A stretch of DNA of 64,000 bases from an uncultured Planctomycetota bacterium (GCA_963845755.1 CAWJTV010000019.1:192001-256000); one strand, 5' to 3'; positions 23,275-35,900 are shown, counted from the stretch's first letter. Numbers and translations: made by a program. Notes: generated by a model not told the origin, from the letters alone.

Positions 23275-24520
23275 CTAGCCGGAGAGCTTCGAGATCAGCG
23301 TGATGAGCGGGAGGAACAGCGCGATGACGATGAAGCCGATGATGCCGCCGAGGATGACGATCATGATGGGCTCGAGCAGGCTGACGAGGCTCTCGACGGC
23401 CGTCTCCACCTCTTCGTCGTAATTGTCGGCGATCTTGTTGAGCATGGTGTCGAGCTCGCCGGTCTCCTCGCCGACGTCGATCATGTTGACGACGATGTCG
23501 TCGAACGATCCGGGCTTCCTTGAGCGGCTGTGCGATCGTCTCGCCCTCGCGGATGCTCTCGTAGATCCGCGTGAAGGCCCGCTCGAAGACGGCGTTGCCC
23601 GCGGTGTCGCGGACGATGTTCAGCGACTCCAGGATCGGCACGCCCGACTGGACCAGCGTGCCCAGGGTCCGCATGGTCCGGGCCACCGTCAACTTCTCGA
23701 CGATCATGCCCATGACCGGGATCATCAGCTTGATCCGGTCGCAGATGTAGGCCCCCGTCTTGTTGCGGTAGAGCAGCTTGAGGAAGATCCAGACGAACAA
23801 GGGCGCCAGGAAGATGATGTAGAAATACTTGATGAGGAAGTGGCTGGCCTTGATCAGGAAGATGGTCATGCCGGGCAGCGGCACGCCGAAGTCGGCGAAG
23901 ATCGCCTCGAACTTGGGGATGATGAAGTAGAGGATGAAGCCCACGATCACGCAGGCGACGAAGATGACCACGACCGGGTAGACCATCGCCGCCTTGACCC
24001 GGCGCTTCAGCGACTGGGCCTTCTCCTTGAAGTCCGCCAGGCGCTGGAGGATCGCCTCGAGTGCACCACCGGCCTCGCCCGCCTTGATCATGTTGCAGTA
24101 CAGCCGGTCGAACGCCTTGGGATGCTTGGCGCAGGCCTCGGAGAGCGTCTGGCCGCTCTCGATGTCCTCGACGACGTCCTGGAGCGAGTTCTTCAGCACG
24201 CCCGGCTTGCACTGCCCCTCGAGGATCTTCAGGCTGCGCAGGATCGGCAACCCGGCGTCCTGCAAGGTCGAGAGCTGGCGCGTGAAGACGCACAACTGCT
24301 TGGTCGAGATCCGGCCGATCGTGAACGACTTCTTCTTCCGCCGGCCCCCCTTCTTGGCCTTGGCGCGGGTGCTGGTCTTCTTCGCCTTCTCGGAGATCTT
24401 CGTGACGAAGAACCCCTTCTGGCGGATCAGTTGCTGCGCCTCTTCCTGGGTCGAGGCGTCGATCGAGTCCTTGACCTCGCGCCCGGTGTGGTCCATCGCC
24501 TCGTACTGGTAGGTCGGCAT
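23275..24520 (-). CDS. pilC: Type IV pilus/T2SS platform protein PilC/GspF; frameshift near 23505
   Basis: [64 protein letters not shown]. Confidence 0.95.
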
Positions 24521-24649
24521 GGGGGTCGCTCCTCGCTCCAGTGGTCAGGGGTCGGTGGTCGGACGAAAGACGCGTCTCTCGCACCGCCGATCACGACTGG
24601 CTGACCTTCTTGCTGTTTTGTGTCTCTTCTGACCACTGACCACGGCTGG

Positions 24650-26368
24650 TTACATATCGTCCAACATCGTCTCCCGCAGCACTTCCTCGATGGAGGACTT
24701 CCCGTTGTGGATGTACTCCATGCCGACTTCGCGGAGGGTCTTCATGCCGAACTTGCGGCAGGCGTTGCGGAAATCGTCGAGGGAGGCCTCGGAGATGATC
24801 ATCTCGCGCAGGGTGTCGTTCATCACGAGCAGCTCGTAGATGCCCTGCCGGCCCTTGTATCCGGTGTTATTGCACTTGTCGCAGCCCTTGCCGTAGAAGA
24901 ACTTCTTGGTGGTGGCCTGCTCGGGGGTCATGCCGAGCTCCATGCAGACCTCGGGGGTCGGCGTGAATTCGGTCTTGCAGAACTGGCAGAGGCGGCGGAC
25001 CAGCCGCTGGGCGAGCACGGCCTCGACCGTGGCGGTGATCAGGAACGTGGGCACGCCCATGTCGCGGAGCCGGGTGACCGCCGAGGGCGCGTCGTTGGTG
25101 TGCAGCGTCGTGAAGACGATGTGGCCCGTCAGCGAGGCCTGGATCGAGATCTCCGCGGTCTCCAGGTCGCGGGTCTCGCCCACCAGGATCTTGTCCGGGT
25201 CCTGCCGCAGGATCGACCGCAGGCAGCTGGCGAAGGTCACGCCGATGTCGGGGTTCACCGGGATCTGGATCAGGCCCTCGATGTCGTATTCGACCGGCTC
25301 CTCGGTCGTGATGATCTTGTCCTCGATCCGATTGAGGTGGTTCAGCGTGGCATACAGCGTGGTCGTCTTCCCCGAGGAGGTCGGGCCGGTCACCAGGATG
25401 ATGCCGTTGGGCTTCTCGATGATGTCGTGCCACGTCTTCAGCGTGTCGTCGGGCATGCCCAGCAGCTTGAGGTCGAGCTGGACGACCGTGCGGTCGAGGA
25501 TCCGCAGCACGACGCTCTCGCCAAACATCGTCGGCAGGGTCGAGACCCGGATGTCCACCTCGTTGCCGCCCAGGGCGAGCTGGATCCGGCCGTCCTGCGG
25601 CAGCCGGCGCTCGGCGATGTCGAGGTTCGACATGACCTTGATCCGGCTGGAGATCGCCGGGGCCAGGTGCCGTGGCGGCGGGACCAGCTCGTAGAGGATC
25701 CCGTCCACCCGATACCGCATCTTGTACTCTTCCTCGAACGGCTCGAAGTGGATGTCCGACGCCTTGTCCTTGATCGCCAGCAAGAGCACCATGTTGAGCA
25801 GCTTGCGGACCGGCGCGGCCTCCGCCATCTCCTCGATGGCCTCCAGGTCGATCGTGTTCTCGTTACGGCCCGCCAGCTTGGCCAGCCCCTTGTCCGACTC
25901 GATCTGCTTGACCACATCCTGGATGCTCTCGTGGTGGCCGGCATAAAGCCGCTCGATGGCCGCCATCACGTCGGACTCCGACGCGATCGCCCCCTTCACC
26001 TCCGTGCTCAGGAACATCCTCAGGCTGTCGAGCGTCGAGGGGTTCTGCGGCTCCGCCATCGCGACCGTGATGCTCTTGTCCTTCTTGTTCTGCGAGATCG
26101 GCACGATCTTGTAGGCCGTGGCCATGCTCTCGTTGACCAGGTCCGTCATCTCGGCGGGGATCGTCACGTCGGCCAGCTTCACGACCTTCATCCCGAGCTG
26201 CTCGCCCAGCGCCTTGAGCACCTGGTCTTCCTTGACCAGCCCCATCCGCACGGCCGTCTTGCCCAGCAGCTCGGTGCCGGTGCGCTTCTGCTCCTCCAGG
26301 ATCTTCCAGAGAGTCTCCTCGTCCAGATAACCCATGTCAACCATGATCGTGCCGAGTCGTCGTGCCAT
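24650..26368 (-). CDS. pilB: PilB/GspE assembly ATPase (copy 2)
   Basis: ASDIHFEP; LDIAERRLPQDGRI; GPTSSGKTTT; LRQDPDKILVGETRD; Zn-binding CxxC pairs; N-terminal RLGTIMVDMGYL (MshEN-like). Confidence 0.95.
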   Translation of the reverse strand: MARRLGTIMVDMGYLDEETLWKILEEQKRTGTELLGKTAVRMGLVKEDQVLKALGEQLGMKVVKLADVTIPAEMTDLVNESMATAYKIVPISQNKKDKSITVAMAEPQNPSTLDSLRMFLSTEVKGAIASESDVMAAIERLYAGHHESIQDVVKQIESDKGLAKLAGRNENTIDLEAIEEMAEAAPVRKLLNMVLLLAIKDKASDIHFEPFEEEYKMRYRVDGILYELVPPPRHLAPAISSRIKVMSNLDIAERRLPQDGRIQLALGGNEVDIRVSTLPTMFGESVVLRILDRTVVQLDLKLLGMPDDTLKTWHDIIEKPNGIILVTGPTSSGKTTTLYATLNHLNRIEDKIITTEEPVEYDIEGLIQIPVNPDIGVTFASCLRSILRQDPDKILVGETRDLETAEISIQASLTGHIVFTTLHTNDAPSAVTRLRDMGVPTFLITATVEAVLAQRLVRRLCQFCKTEFTPTPEVCMELGMTPEQATTKKFFYGKGCDKCNNTGYKGRQGIYELLVMNDTLREMIISEASLDDFRNACRKFGMKTLREVGMEYIHNGKSSIEEVLRETMLDDM

Positions 26369-26541
26369 TGGTCATTGGTCCTTGGTCGTGTGATCGTGAT
26401 CGGGGTTCCTGGTCAGATCTCTGGTTTCCGGAGTTGTCGGGATCGGGCGCGATCCGCGGAGTTCCCGTCTCGATAATTGCGGCGGGCGCCGGGCGAATGC
26501 CCGCGGAGCGACCGCCAGGTTAATGACCAATGACCAATGAC

Positions 26542-27657
26542 TCATCCTTCCTCTTCCTCCTCCTCGCCCTCTTCATCCTCGTCGAAGATTCCCTTCTTGG
26601 CGTTCTCGATGCGCTCGCGCAGGTCGTTCGGTTTCCGGGACTTGAACATCACCTCGCTCTCCTCGACCAGGCCCTGCTTCCAGAGGTTGAAGAGGCTGTC
26701 GTCGAGCAGGATCATGCCATGCTTGCGCCCGGTCTGGATGGAGGAATCGATCCGGTACGTCTTGTTCTCGCGGATTAAGTTGGAGATCGCCGGGGTGACG
26801 ACGAGCATCTCGTAGGCGGCCACCAGGCCCTTGGGCTTGCGGGGCAAGAGCGCTGCGCAGGATGCCGAGGATCGCCACCGACAACTGGGTGCGGATCTGG
26901 TCCTGCTGATCCTTGGGGAACACGTCGATGATCCGGTTGACGGTGCCCTCGGCCGAGTTGGTGTGCAGGGTGGCGAAGACGATGTGGCCGGTCTCGGCCG
27001 CGGTGATCGCCGCGGAGATCGTGGCCAGGTCGCGCATTTCGCCGACCAGGATGATGTCGGGGTCCATCCGCAGGGCCCGGCGAATCGCCTCGGGGAAATC
27101 GGGCACATCGACGCCGATCTCACGCTGATTGATCAGCGACTTGTTGTGCTTGTGGAAATACTCGATCGGGTCCTCGATCGTGATGATGTGGCGATCCATC
27201 GTGCCGTTGATCCAGTTGATCATCGACGCCAGGCTCGTGGTCTTCCCCGAGCCGGTTGGACCCGTCACCAGGATCAGTCCCCGCGGCCGGGTGATCAACC
27301 CCTCGATCACCGGCGGCAAGCCGAGCTGTTCAAACGTCAAGAACTCGTTGGGGATCCGCCGCAACACCAACCCGACATTGCCACGCTGCTTGTAAATGGC
27401 AACCCGGAACCGGGCCATGTCGCCGAACGCAAAGCCGAAGTCGGTCCCCCCAACTTCTTGCAGCTCCTGCTGACAACGCTCCGGCGCGATGCTCTTCATC
27501 AAGGAGACCGTGTCCGAGGGCTCGAGCACCTTGGTCGCCAGGGGCGCATATGCCCATGCAGCCGAAGCATCGGCTGGCTGCCGACAGTCAGATGGAGGTC
27601 GCTCGCTTTCTGGGTGCAGACGGTCTGAAGCAGTTTATCGATGAGCAGCGTACCCAT
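26542..27657 (-). CDS. pilT: Pilus retraction ATPase PilT; frameshifts near 27545 and 26855
   Basis: ASDLHLTVG; GPTGSGKTTSLA; TIEDPIEY; QREIG; AIRRALRMDPDIILVGEMRD; AISNLIRENKT. Confidence 0.95.
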
Positions 27658-27728
27658 TGCCCTGGAATCCCTCCGCGGAAACGTCGATGGAACCCGTCGT
27701 CATCAATTCTCACACCCGCCATCGGGGC

Positions 27729-27745
27729 TTGACTTTTCCTGTCAA
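27729..27745. promoter_or_regulatory. Candidate operator/promoter palindrome upstream of pilT
   Basis: TTGAC-N7-GTCAA in a lower-GC intergenic region ~70 bp upstream of the pilT start. Confidence 0.3.
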
Positions 27746-28022
27746 CCAGGTGTCCACCGAATTCTGACCGTATACCTTGAGGTTAGGGCGATGGCTTGTT
27801 GCCCCCCGACACGGTGATTATTCGGATGGATTCCCTCCAGAATCAAGCGATTGACAGGGTGGTCTCACCCACAAACACCAGATGATTCACGCTTGTCTGT
27901 CCCCATTGCCTGGCGTTGGAGACCCTATGGAATGCCAGGAGGTAGCATCCTTCTCGGCGCAATTGCGGCCTCGATGCGATCGGGGAGCGTGATCGGTCCG
28001 AGGTCGCGGCTCGCCTGTGCGC

Positions 28023-29754
28023 TCACTTCTTGACCGCGGGCTCCGCCATCTCACGCTGAGTGATGCGCAACACCTCGTCGAGGGTGGTCGTACCCTTGAG
28101 GGCCTTAATCATACCGTCCTCGAACAAAGTATGCATCCCCTGTTTACGGGCCATCTTACGTACATTCTGCGTCGATTCCCCCTTGAAGGCCATTTCCCGG
28201 ACGTGCGAGCTCATGGTCATCAGCTCGTAGATGCCCATCCGACCGCGATAGCCCGTCTTATTGCAATAGGCACATCCCTTGCCCTTCATGAAGTTCGCTT
28301 TCTTGACGATCTCCGGCCGCAGCCCGAGAGCGGTCAAGAGGTGCGCAGGGGGGCTCATAACGGTGCTTGCACTTCGGGCAAACCTTCCGCACCAGCCGCT
28401 GCGCCATGATCGCAAGCACCGAGCTTGCAACCAAAAATGGCTGGATACCAATATCCACCAGACGTGTAATGGCACTGGGCGCATCGTTCGTGTGCAATGT
28501 ACTGAAAACCAAGTGTCCGGTCAGACTGGCTTGAATTGCGGTCTCGGCTGTCTCCAGGTCGCGGATTTCACCCACCAGGAGGATGTTGGGATTCTGTCGG
28601 AGCATGGCCCGGATGATGCGGGCGAACGTCATCCCGATCTTGGCTTTCACTTCACATTGGTTCACGCCGGGCAGGTAGTATTCGACAGGATCCTCGGCCG
28701 TGATGATCTTCACATCGGGCCGGTTCAGCTCATTGAGCGCGGCATAAAGCGTGGTGGTCTTCCCCGAGCCGGTCGGGCCGGTCACCAGCAAGATGCCGTT
28801 GGGACGTTTGATCAGTTGCTTGAACCGGCCCCAGTCGTCATCGCCGAAGCCGAGGTCCTGCAATCCCACCTTGATATTATCGCGGTCCAGGATTCGCATC
28901 ACGACCGATTGGCCATGGCTGGTTGGGATGATGCTGACGCGCAGGTCGATATCCTTGCCGGCGACGAGGATCTTGATCCGTCCGTCCTGGGGGCGGCGTT
29001 TCTCGGCGATGTCGATCGACCCCATGATCTTGATACGGCTGACGATGGCACCCAGCAATCGCCGGGGGGCGTTGTCCCGCTCCATCAGCACACCGTCGAT
29101 CCGATAACGGATCCGCACCCGATCGGCGAAGGGCTCGATATGGATGTCGCTGGCGCGTTGCTGCACGGCCTCTTGGATGATGAGGTGCACCAACTTGATG
29201 ACGGGCGCATCCCCTTCCTCCAGGGTGTTGGTGGTCCCGCCCTTGCTGGTGGCGACCCCACCTTCATCGGCGAAGTCGATCGCGGTATCGGTGAACTCTT
29301 GCAGCATCGAGTCCACCGATTCCGTCTCCGTCGAGGCGCTCCCATAGTATTTGTTGATCGCCTCGACGATTGCTTCCTTGGGAGCCAACGAGACCTCGAT
29401 CTCCCGATTCAGCACGAATCGAAGCTTGTCGATTGTCTCGAAGTCCATGGGATCATGCATGATAACGCGAATGACACCGCTTTCCTGCGCGAGGGGCATG
29501 ACGATGTTTTCGCGGGCGAGTGACTCGGGGACGAGCTCGATCACCGACGGGGGGATTTCGATCTCGTGCAATTCCACGAAGGCAAGGCCATGCTGTTCGG
29601 CCTTGGCTTTCATGATATCGTCGGCGTCAGCATAGCCGAGCCTCATCAGCGCTTCCTCGACCGCCCCTTGCGACCGGCTCGCTTCCTTGAGTTGATCGGG
29701 CCCGATCACCCCGCGGCGGATGAGAATCTCGGTCCATTCCCGACTCTTGGCCAT
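28023..29754 (-). CDS. pilB: PilB/GspE assembly ATPase (copy 1); frameshift in the G-run near 28350
   Basis: MAKSREWTEIL; ASDIHIEP; GPTGSGKTTT; LRQNPNILLVGEIRD; CPKC...CAYC...GYRGRMGIYE. Confidence 0.95.
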
Positions 29755-30084
29755 AACTGTCGACTCCGGAGATGAATGTGACACGGGCTGGGGATGGAAA
29801 ACGGGAGCGGTTGTCGGCGAACAACGGCAACACCGGCCCGTCTTCCCCACTTGCTGGAAGATGGCGAGGGTAGAGCTAGCGGGATAATGGGAATTACGAC
29901 AATACGACCGATTCCGTGACGAGCCTCTGGACGTCCCGGCCGAACCAACACCCACCGAGCGCGAATGACAGGAATGATCGAATCGATGAGGACGCTTGAA
30001 CTTACCAAGAATTTGACGCGGCGGCAAGGAAATGGTTCAAAAAGATACACGTTCGCATGGTGCTGGCAGGCTGGATCGCCTCTC

Positions 30085-31145
30085 AAGGCGACGTCCCAGA
30101 TGACGGTCCGGGCGCCCGGGACGACCTCGCCGATGATCCAGGCGGGGGTCCGTGCCTTCAGGTTGAGGTGGCGGACGATCGAATCGGCGTAGAACTCGGC
30201 GACGACGAGGATCAGGCCGATGCCCATGTTGAAGACCCGGTCCATCTCGGCCTGATCGACTGCGCCCAGACGCTGGAGCCAGGGGAACACTTTGGGCACC
30301 GGCCAGGACCCGCGGCTGAGGCGAATGGCGAAGTCCTCGGGAAGGATGCGTGGAGGGTTATCGACGAGGCCGCCGCCGGTGATATGGGCGATCCCGTGGA
30401 CGATCCGCTTGACCCGGTAGTGCCGGTACACGGTCTTGACGGCGCGGACGTAGATCCGGGTCGGTTCGAGCAACTCCTCGGCCACTGAGCGGCCCAGCTC
30501 TTCGACGAACGTCTCGGGCGCCAGGCCCGCCCGTTCGAAGACGATCTTCCTCGCCAGGCTATAGCCGTTGGAATGAAGGCCGGAGCTGGCCAGGCCCACG
30601 ACCTTGTCCCCGGGGCGGATGTCCTGGCCGTCGAGGATGTGTTTCCGCTCGACGACGCCCACGCAGAACCCGGCGAGATCGTATTCGCCCGGCTGATAGA
30701 AGTCGGGGAGGATCGCGGTTTCGCCGCCCAGGAGCGCGCACTCAGCATCGATGCAGCCATCGCTGATCCCCTGGACCACCTGGCTGGTCATGTCCGGGTC
30801 GTCTCGGCTCATGGCGACATAATCGAGGAACAGCAGTGGCTCGGCCCCCGCGCAGAGGCAATCGTTGACCGACATGGCAACCAGGTCGATGCCGACGGTC
30901 CCATGGCGGCCGGTGGCGAAGGCCAGTTTGAGCTTGGTCCCGACGCCGTCGGTCGAGGCGACGAGGACCGGGTCCCGATAGGTGCGCGAGAGCAGCCCGA
31001 TCTGATCGTCGAGGCGAAAGAGCCCCGCAAACCCGTCCTTCCACTCGATCACCCGCGGCGTGTAGGTGCGCCGAAGCAACGGCGGGAACCGGGAGATCGT
31101 CTCCTCATAGGTTTCGAGATCCACGCCGGCCGCTCGATAATCCAT
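30085..31145 (-). CDS. purM: Phosphoribosylformylglycinamidine cyclo-ligase (AIR synthase); 3' end uncertain
   Basis: MDYRAAGVD; STDGVGTKL; GIDLVAMSVND; LLGGETA; SSGLHSNGYSL; HITGGG; FNMGIG. Confidence 0.95.
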
Positions 31146-31505
31146 GGATTGATCCCCAGGCGCGAATCGCCCGCTCGCCCCGACCGTGGCAACCGGCGGC
31201 ACCCTGCGACGACCCGCATGGTCCTACACGTCGCGGTATCACCACACCCCTTTGGCCCCGCCATCTTACGGCTTCCGAAGGGCCTTGAGAAGCGCGGTAG
31301 CCGCGTTCAGGATTTCAGATCCCAGGGATCCGGACGATGAAGGCTCGGCCTGTGTCCAGCCTTCTCCTTGATCCCCGCTTCGCTTGGGGTTATCCTGATA
31401 GTTAACACGGCTCGACACACCGGCCGAGGCCGGCCCGCCTCAATGGACTTGCCGGAACTCGACACTCGATCGATATCCGCCAACGACCGCACGGAGACTT
31501 GCAGC

Positions 31506-31973
31506 ATGATCCGCAAATGGATGGTTTTCACCCTCAGCGCCGGGCTTCTCATCTCCCTGGGAGCCGGCGTCACATTCTCCCAGGCGGACGACGAGGAGTC
31601 GGAGCTGGGGAAGGTTATGGAGAAGGTGCAGAAGGAGAACGGGGCCATCATCAAGGGGACGCGGACTCCCACCTACTTCAAGAGGTATCACAAGGACGTC
31701 CAAAAGAGCGCCAAGGAGTTGGTGAAGTTGGCCAAGCAGGCCAAGCCGTTGAAGGACGCCTTGAAGAAGGCCAAGGACGAGAAGGACCCTCAGAAGAAGT
31801 GGAACGAGCTGATGGACGAGTTCATCAAGACGTCCGAAAAGTTCGAGAAGGTCTTGGCGAAGTCGGGTACGAGCACCGAGGAGGCGAAGAAGGCGAAGGA
31901 CGCCTTCCGGCCCGTGACCAAGAGCTGCACGGATTGCCATACGGTCTTCCGCGTGGATGAAGAGAAGTTCTGA
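31506..31973 (+). CDS. Secreted class II (four-helix, cytochrome c'-like) cytochrome c
   Basis: Signal peptide, helical Lys/Glu-rich body, C-terminal SCTDCH; GGAG RBS. Confidence 0.85.
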   Translation: MIRKWMVFTLSAGLLISLGAGVTFSQADDEESELGKVMEKVQKENGAIIKGTRTPTYFKRYHKDVQKSAKELVKLAKQAKPLKDALKKAKDEKDPQKKWNELMDEFIKTSEKFEKVLAKSGTSTEEAKKAKDAFRPVTKSCTDCHTVFRVDEEKF

Positions 31974-32732
31974 GGACCCCGCTGGCGTGGGTATCACCGG
32001 GGACGCGATCGCGTGCCGCGACGTGACGCTCGCCAGCGTGGCGGAGGACCTGGCGCTCGATGAGGCGCTGCTCATCGAGGCCGATGAGGGGCGCACACCG
32101 CCATTGGTGCGCTTCTGGGAGCCCGGGGAGTACGCGGTCGTCCTCGGCGCCTCGCGCCGGATTCGCGATGAGGTCCGGATCGAGGCATGCCGGAATGACG
32201 GGGTCCCGATCCTGCGACGGTCCAGCGGCGGCGGGACCGTCGTCATCGGTCCCGGCGCGCTCAACGTGGCCGTCGTCCTGCCGCAGACGGCGGCCCCGGG
32301 ACTCTCGACGGTCGTGGCGGCCCAGGGCTACGTCGTCGAGAGGATCGCCGAGTCGATCCGCCGCGCGGGGCGGCCGGTCGGGGTCCTGGGCCACGGCGAC
32401 CTGGTGCTCGGCGACCGGAAATGCGGCGGCAGTGCCCAGCGCCGGCTGAAACGCTGGTTCCTGGTCCATTGCTCGATCCTCTATCGGTTCCCGATCGACC
32501 GAATCGACCGCTATCTCGCGATCCCCGAGCGACAGCCGGCTTACCGCCAAGGGCGGCCGCATCACGAGTTTGCGACCAATCTCGACCTCTCGCGTCAGGC
32601 CCTGATCGACGCCCTCAGCGGCGCGGGTTTCCCTGCGCGGGGCCGTTCCCGGCACTCGACCGGCCCTTGAGCCACGTCCCCTCACTCCTCGCCGAGAAGT
32701 ACGCGAACCCCGCCTGGATCGAGCGGTTCTGA
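31957..32732 (+). CDS. Lipoate-protein ligase A family protein; frameshift near 32640
   Basis: LALDEALL; RRSSGGGTV; RKCGGSAQRR; HCSIL; C-terminal EKYANPAW in an alternate frame. Confidence 0.9.
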
Positions 32733-32945
32733 CCGTTCCGGACAGCCGATGACCTGACGACCGCCGTGGTCCTCATCCTCGAAGCGAGCCCGACCCGGGC
32801 GAAGCCGCTCGACGTGTAACGCCGGCTGGTCCGCATCGAGCCGAAGCCGGCCGGCCATCACGCCCAACACACGGCGGATCGCACCATCACCCAAACGTGA
32901 TCTACAGTTCTCCAGGGTCCCTATCTCCGCGCCCTGGAGAGCCGC

Positions 32946-35900
32946 ATGTTATTCCGCTCTCAACCACGACGTCCACTCCGGTCGCGGCACGGTCGCGCCG
33001 CGCGCCCGCTCCTGGAAGATCTGGAGATTCGCCTGGCCCCGGCTGCCTTCAACCTCGGCCCGAGTCCCGATGTGATGGTGTCGGTCGGCGATCTTTACGG
33101 AGTCCAACCTCAAGGGTTCGGAGTTCCCCTTTCTTCGAGCTACAGCCCCCAACAGATCCGCCTCGCCTATGGTCTCGACCAGATCGCATTCGGGACGATC
33201 CAGGGGAATGGATCAGGCCAGACCATCGCGATTGTTGACGCCTACGACGATCCCAGCCTCGTGGACAGTTCGAGTAGCAACTTCCCGATCAGCGACCTGG
33301 CCCGGTTCGACCAGGAATTCGACCTGCCGGATCCGCCCAAATTCACCAAGCTCAATGAGTACGGCGCGGATATCGGCGGTAGCACGGTCGGAGCGGCGCC
33401 CGGCCTGGACCCCGCGGGGGCCGGTAATCCCAACGGCAACTGGGAGGCGGAAGAAGCCCTCGACGTCGAGTGGGCGCATGCGATCGCACCGGCTGCGAGC
33501 ATCATCCTTGTCGAGTGCAACTCCGCCGCCAGCCAGGACCTGTACACCGGAGTGGCGATGGCCGCCGACCTTCCGGGTGTCTCCGTGGTCTCGATGAGTT
33601 GGGGCTCGGCGGAATCGAACCTGGGCTCGGGAGGATCGAGTTTCGAGCTGGGGTCCGATGGCGTCTTGACCACTCCGAGCGGCCACCAGGGGGTCACGTT
33701 CGTGGCGGCCACCGGCGACTCAGGATCTCCGGGCGGGTACCCCGCCGACTCACCCAATGTGGTCGCGGTCGGTGGCACGAGCCTGACGCTCAACTGGTTC
33801 GATGCTTACTCCGGCGAGACTGCCTGGTCGGGCAGTGGTGGCGGCACCAGCCAGTACGAGGAGGAACCGGCCTATCAAGGGGGCGTTCAGAGTACCGGAA
33901 AGAGGACCATCCCCGACGTGTCCTTCGATGCCGACCCGAATACCGGAGTGGCGGTTTACGACTCCTACAACAACGGCAGCACCACCCCGTGGAGCCAGGT
34001 CGGTGGCACCAGCCTGGCGGCACCCTGTTGGGCCGGCTTGATCGCGGTGGCCAATCAAGGACGAGTGGCCCAGGGGGGGACGACCCTCGACGGTCCCAGC
34101 CAGACCCTGCCCGCCCTCTACACGCTGCCCGCCTCGGATTTCCACGACATCACCATCGGCAGCAACGGCGGATTCAGCGCCGGGCCGGGCTATGATGAGG
34201 TGACCGGGCTAGGGTCCCCGGTGGCCAACTCCCTGGTGCCCGATTTGGCCTCCTACGACCTGCCCAGCCAACTGGTCGTGAGCAACGGACCGCCCAGTAG
34301 CGTCACCGCCGGCAACTCGTTTGGACTCACCGTCACGGTCGAGGACCGCTTGGAGGACCTGATCACATCCTTCGACGGCAATGTCACGATCGCGCTGGCG
34401 AACGGCTCCGGCACCGGCGCGCTCGGCGGTACGCTCACCGTCAAGGCCAGCCAGGGCATTGCCACCTTCACGGGACTGACGCTCGGCACGGCCGGGGACG
34501 GCGACACGCTTCAGGTCAGCATCAATGGCGGTGCTGTGACGGCGACGACCAGCCCCCTGAATGTGACGCCGGGGGCCGCGACCCAACTGGTGGTGACGAC
34601 CCAGCCGCCTGCCTCCATGGTCGTCGGCACCAGCTTCGGCCTGGTGGTTTCGGCCGAAGACAGCTACGGCAATGTGGACACCTCCTTCGATGGCAACGTC
34701 ACGATCGCGCTGGCCGGCGACGCCGGAGATGGCGCGCTCGGCGGCACGCTCACCGTCGCCGCCAGCCAGGGCGTGGCGACCTTCACCGGGCTGACACGCA
34801 CTCGGGCCGGTACGGGCGACAGCATCCATGTCAGCGCCGGGGACTTGAGTCCCGCGACATCGCAGACCTTCGATGTCACGCCCGCGGCGGCCGTGGGCCT
34901 GGTCGTGACCACCGAGCCTCCCAGCTCGGTCACCGCCGGCAACGCGTTTGGGCTGACGGTCGCGGCCGAGGACAACTACGGCAACGTGGACACGTCCTTC
35001 GACGGCACCGGCACCGTCGCGCTGGCGAGCGATCCCGGTGACGGCACACTCAACGGCCTCGACTTGACGGTCACGGCGAACCACGGCGTGGCCACGTTCA
35101 CCGGCATGACTCTGGACACGCCCGGCAATGGCTATACACTTCAGGTCAGCAGCACTGGCGTCTCGAGCACGACGACCACACCGTTTAGAGTGCCACCCGG
35201 ACCAGCCGCATCGCTCGTCGTCACGAGCCAGCCCACGGCCACCGTCGCGCCCGGAAGCCGATTCGGTCTGGTCATCACGGCCGAGGACAGCTACGGCAAC
35301 GTGGCGACCTCCTTCGACGGCAATGTCACCGTCGTTCTTGGCACCATCGGCGGTACCATACCCACGCTCGGCGGTACGCTCACGGTCGCGGCGATCGACG
35401 GCGTGGCCACCTTCACCGACCTGACGTTGGACACGGCCGGCACCGGTTACACGTTGCGGGTGACCAGCGGCTCATTCCTGAGCGGGACGACCGACCCGTT
35501 GACTGTGAAGGTGGGCCCGCCCACGCAACTGGTGATCACCTCCCAGCCCCCCACCGGCGTGGACGTCGGCGACCCGTTCGGGATGACCGTCGTGGCCGAA
35601 GATAGCTTCGGCAATGTGGCGACGTCCTTCAACGGGGCGGTCACTGTCGCGCTTGTCGGCGCCGCGGCCGACGGCGCGCTGGCCGGCACGGTGACCGTCG
35701 CGGCCGTTCAGGGCGTGGCCTCCTTCACCGGGCTGGCGCTCGACATCGCCAACAGCGGCTACACAGTCCAGGCAACCAGCATCGGACTGACCGCCGCAAC
35801 CACGACCCCCGTCGCCGTGATCATCGGACCGGTCCCCCACCTGATGCTGCTCAGCCCACCCTCCGCCGTCACGGTGGGCCAGTACTTCCAGGCTACGGTC

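Noticed and set aside
24620..26476. Long plus-strand ORFs opposite the pil genes, and similar shadows elsewhere
   Set aside because: Antisense shadows typical of high-GC3 coding DNA
29706..30085. PurM C-terminal extension running into pilB
   Set aside because: PurM similarity ends near VIWD, a TGA lies one base out of frame, and the extension overlaps the pilB start; probably an indel error
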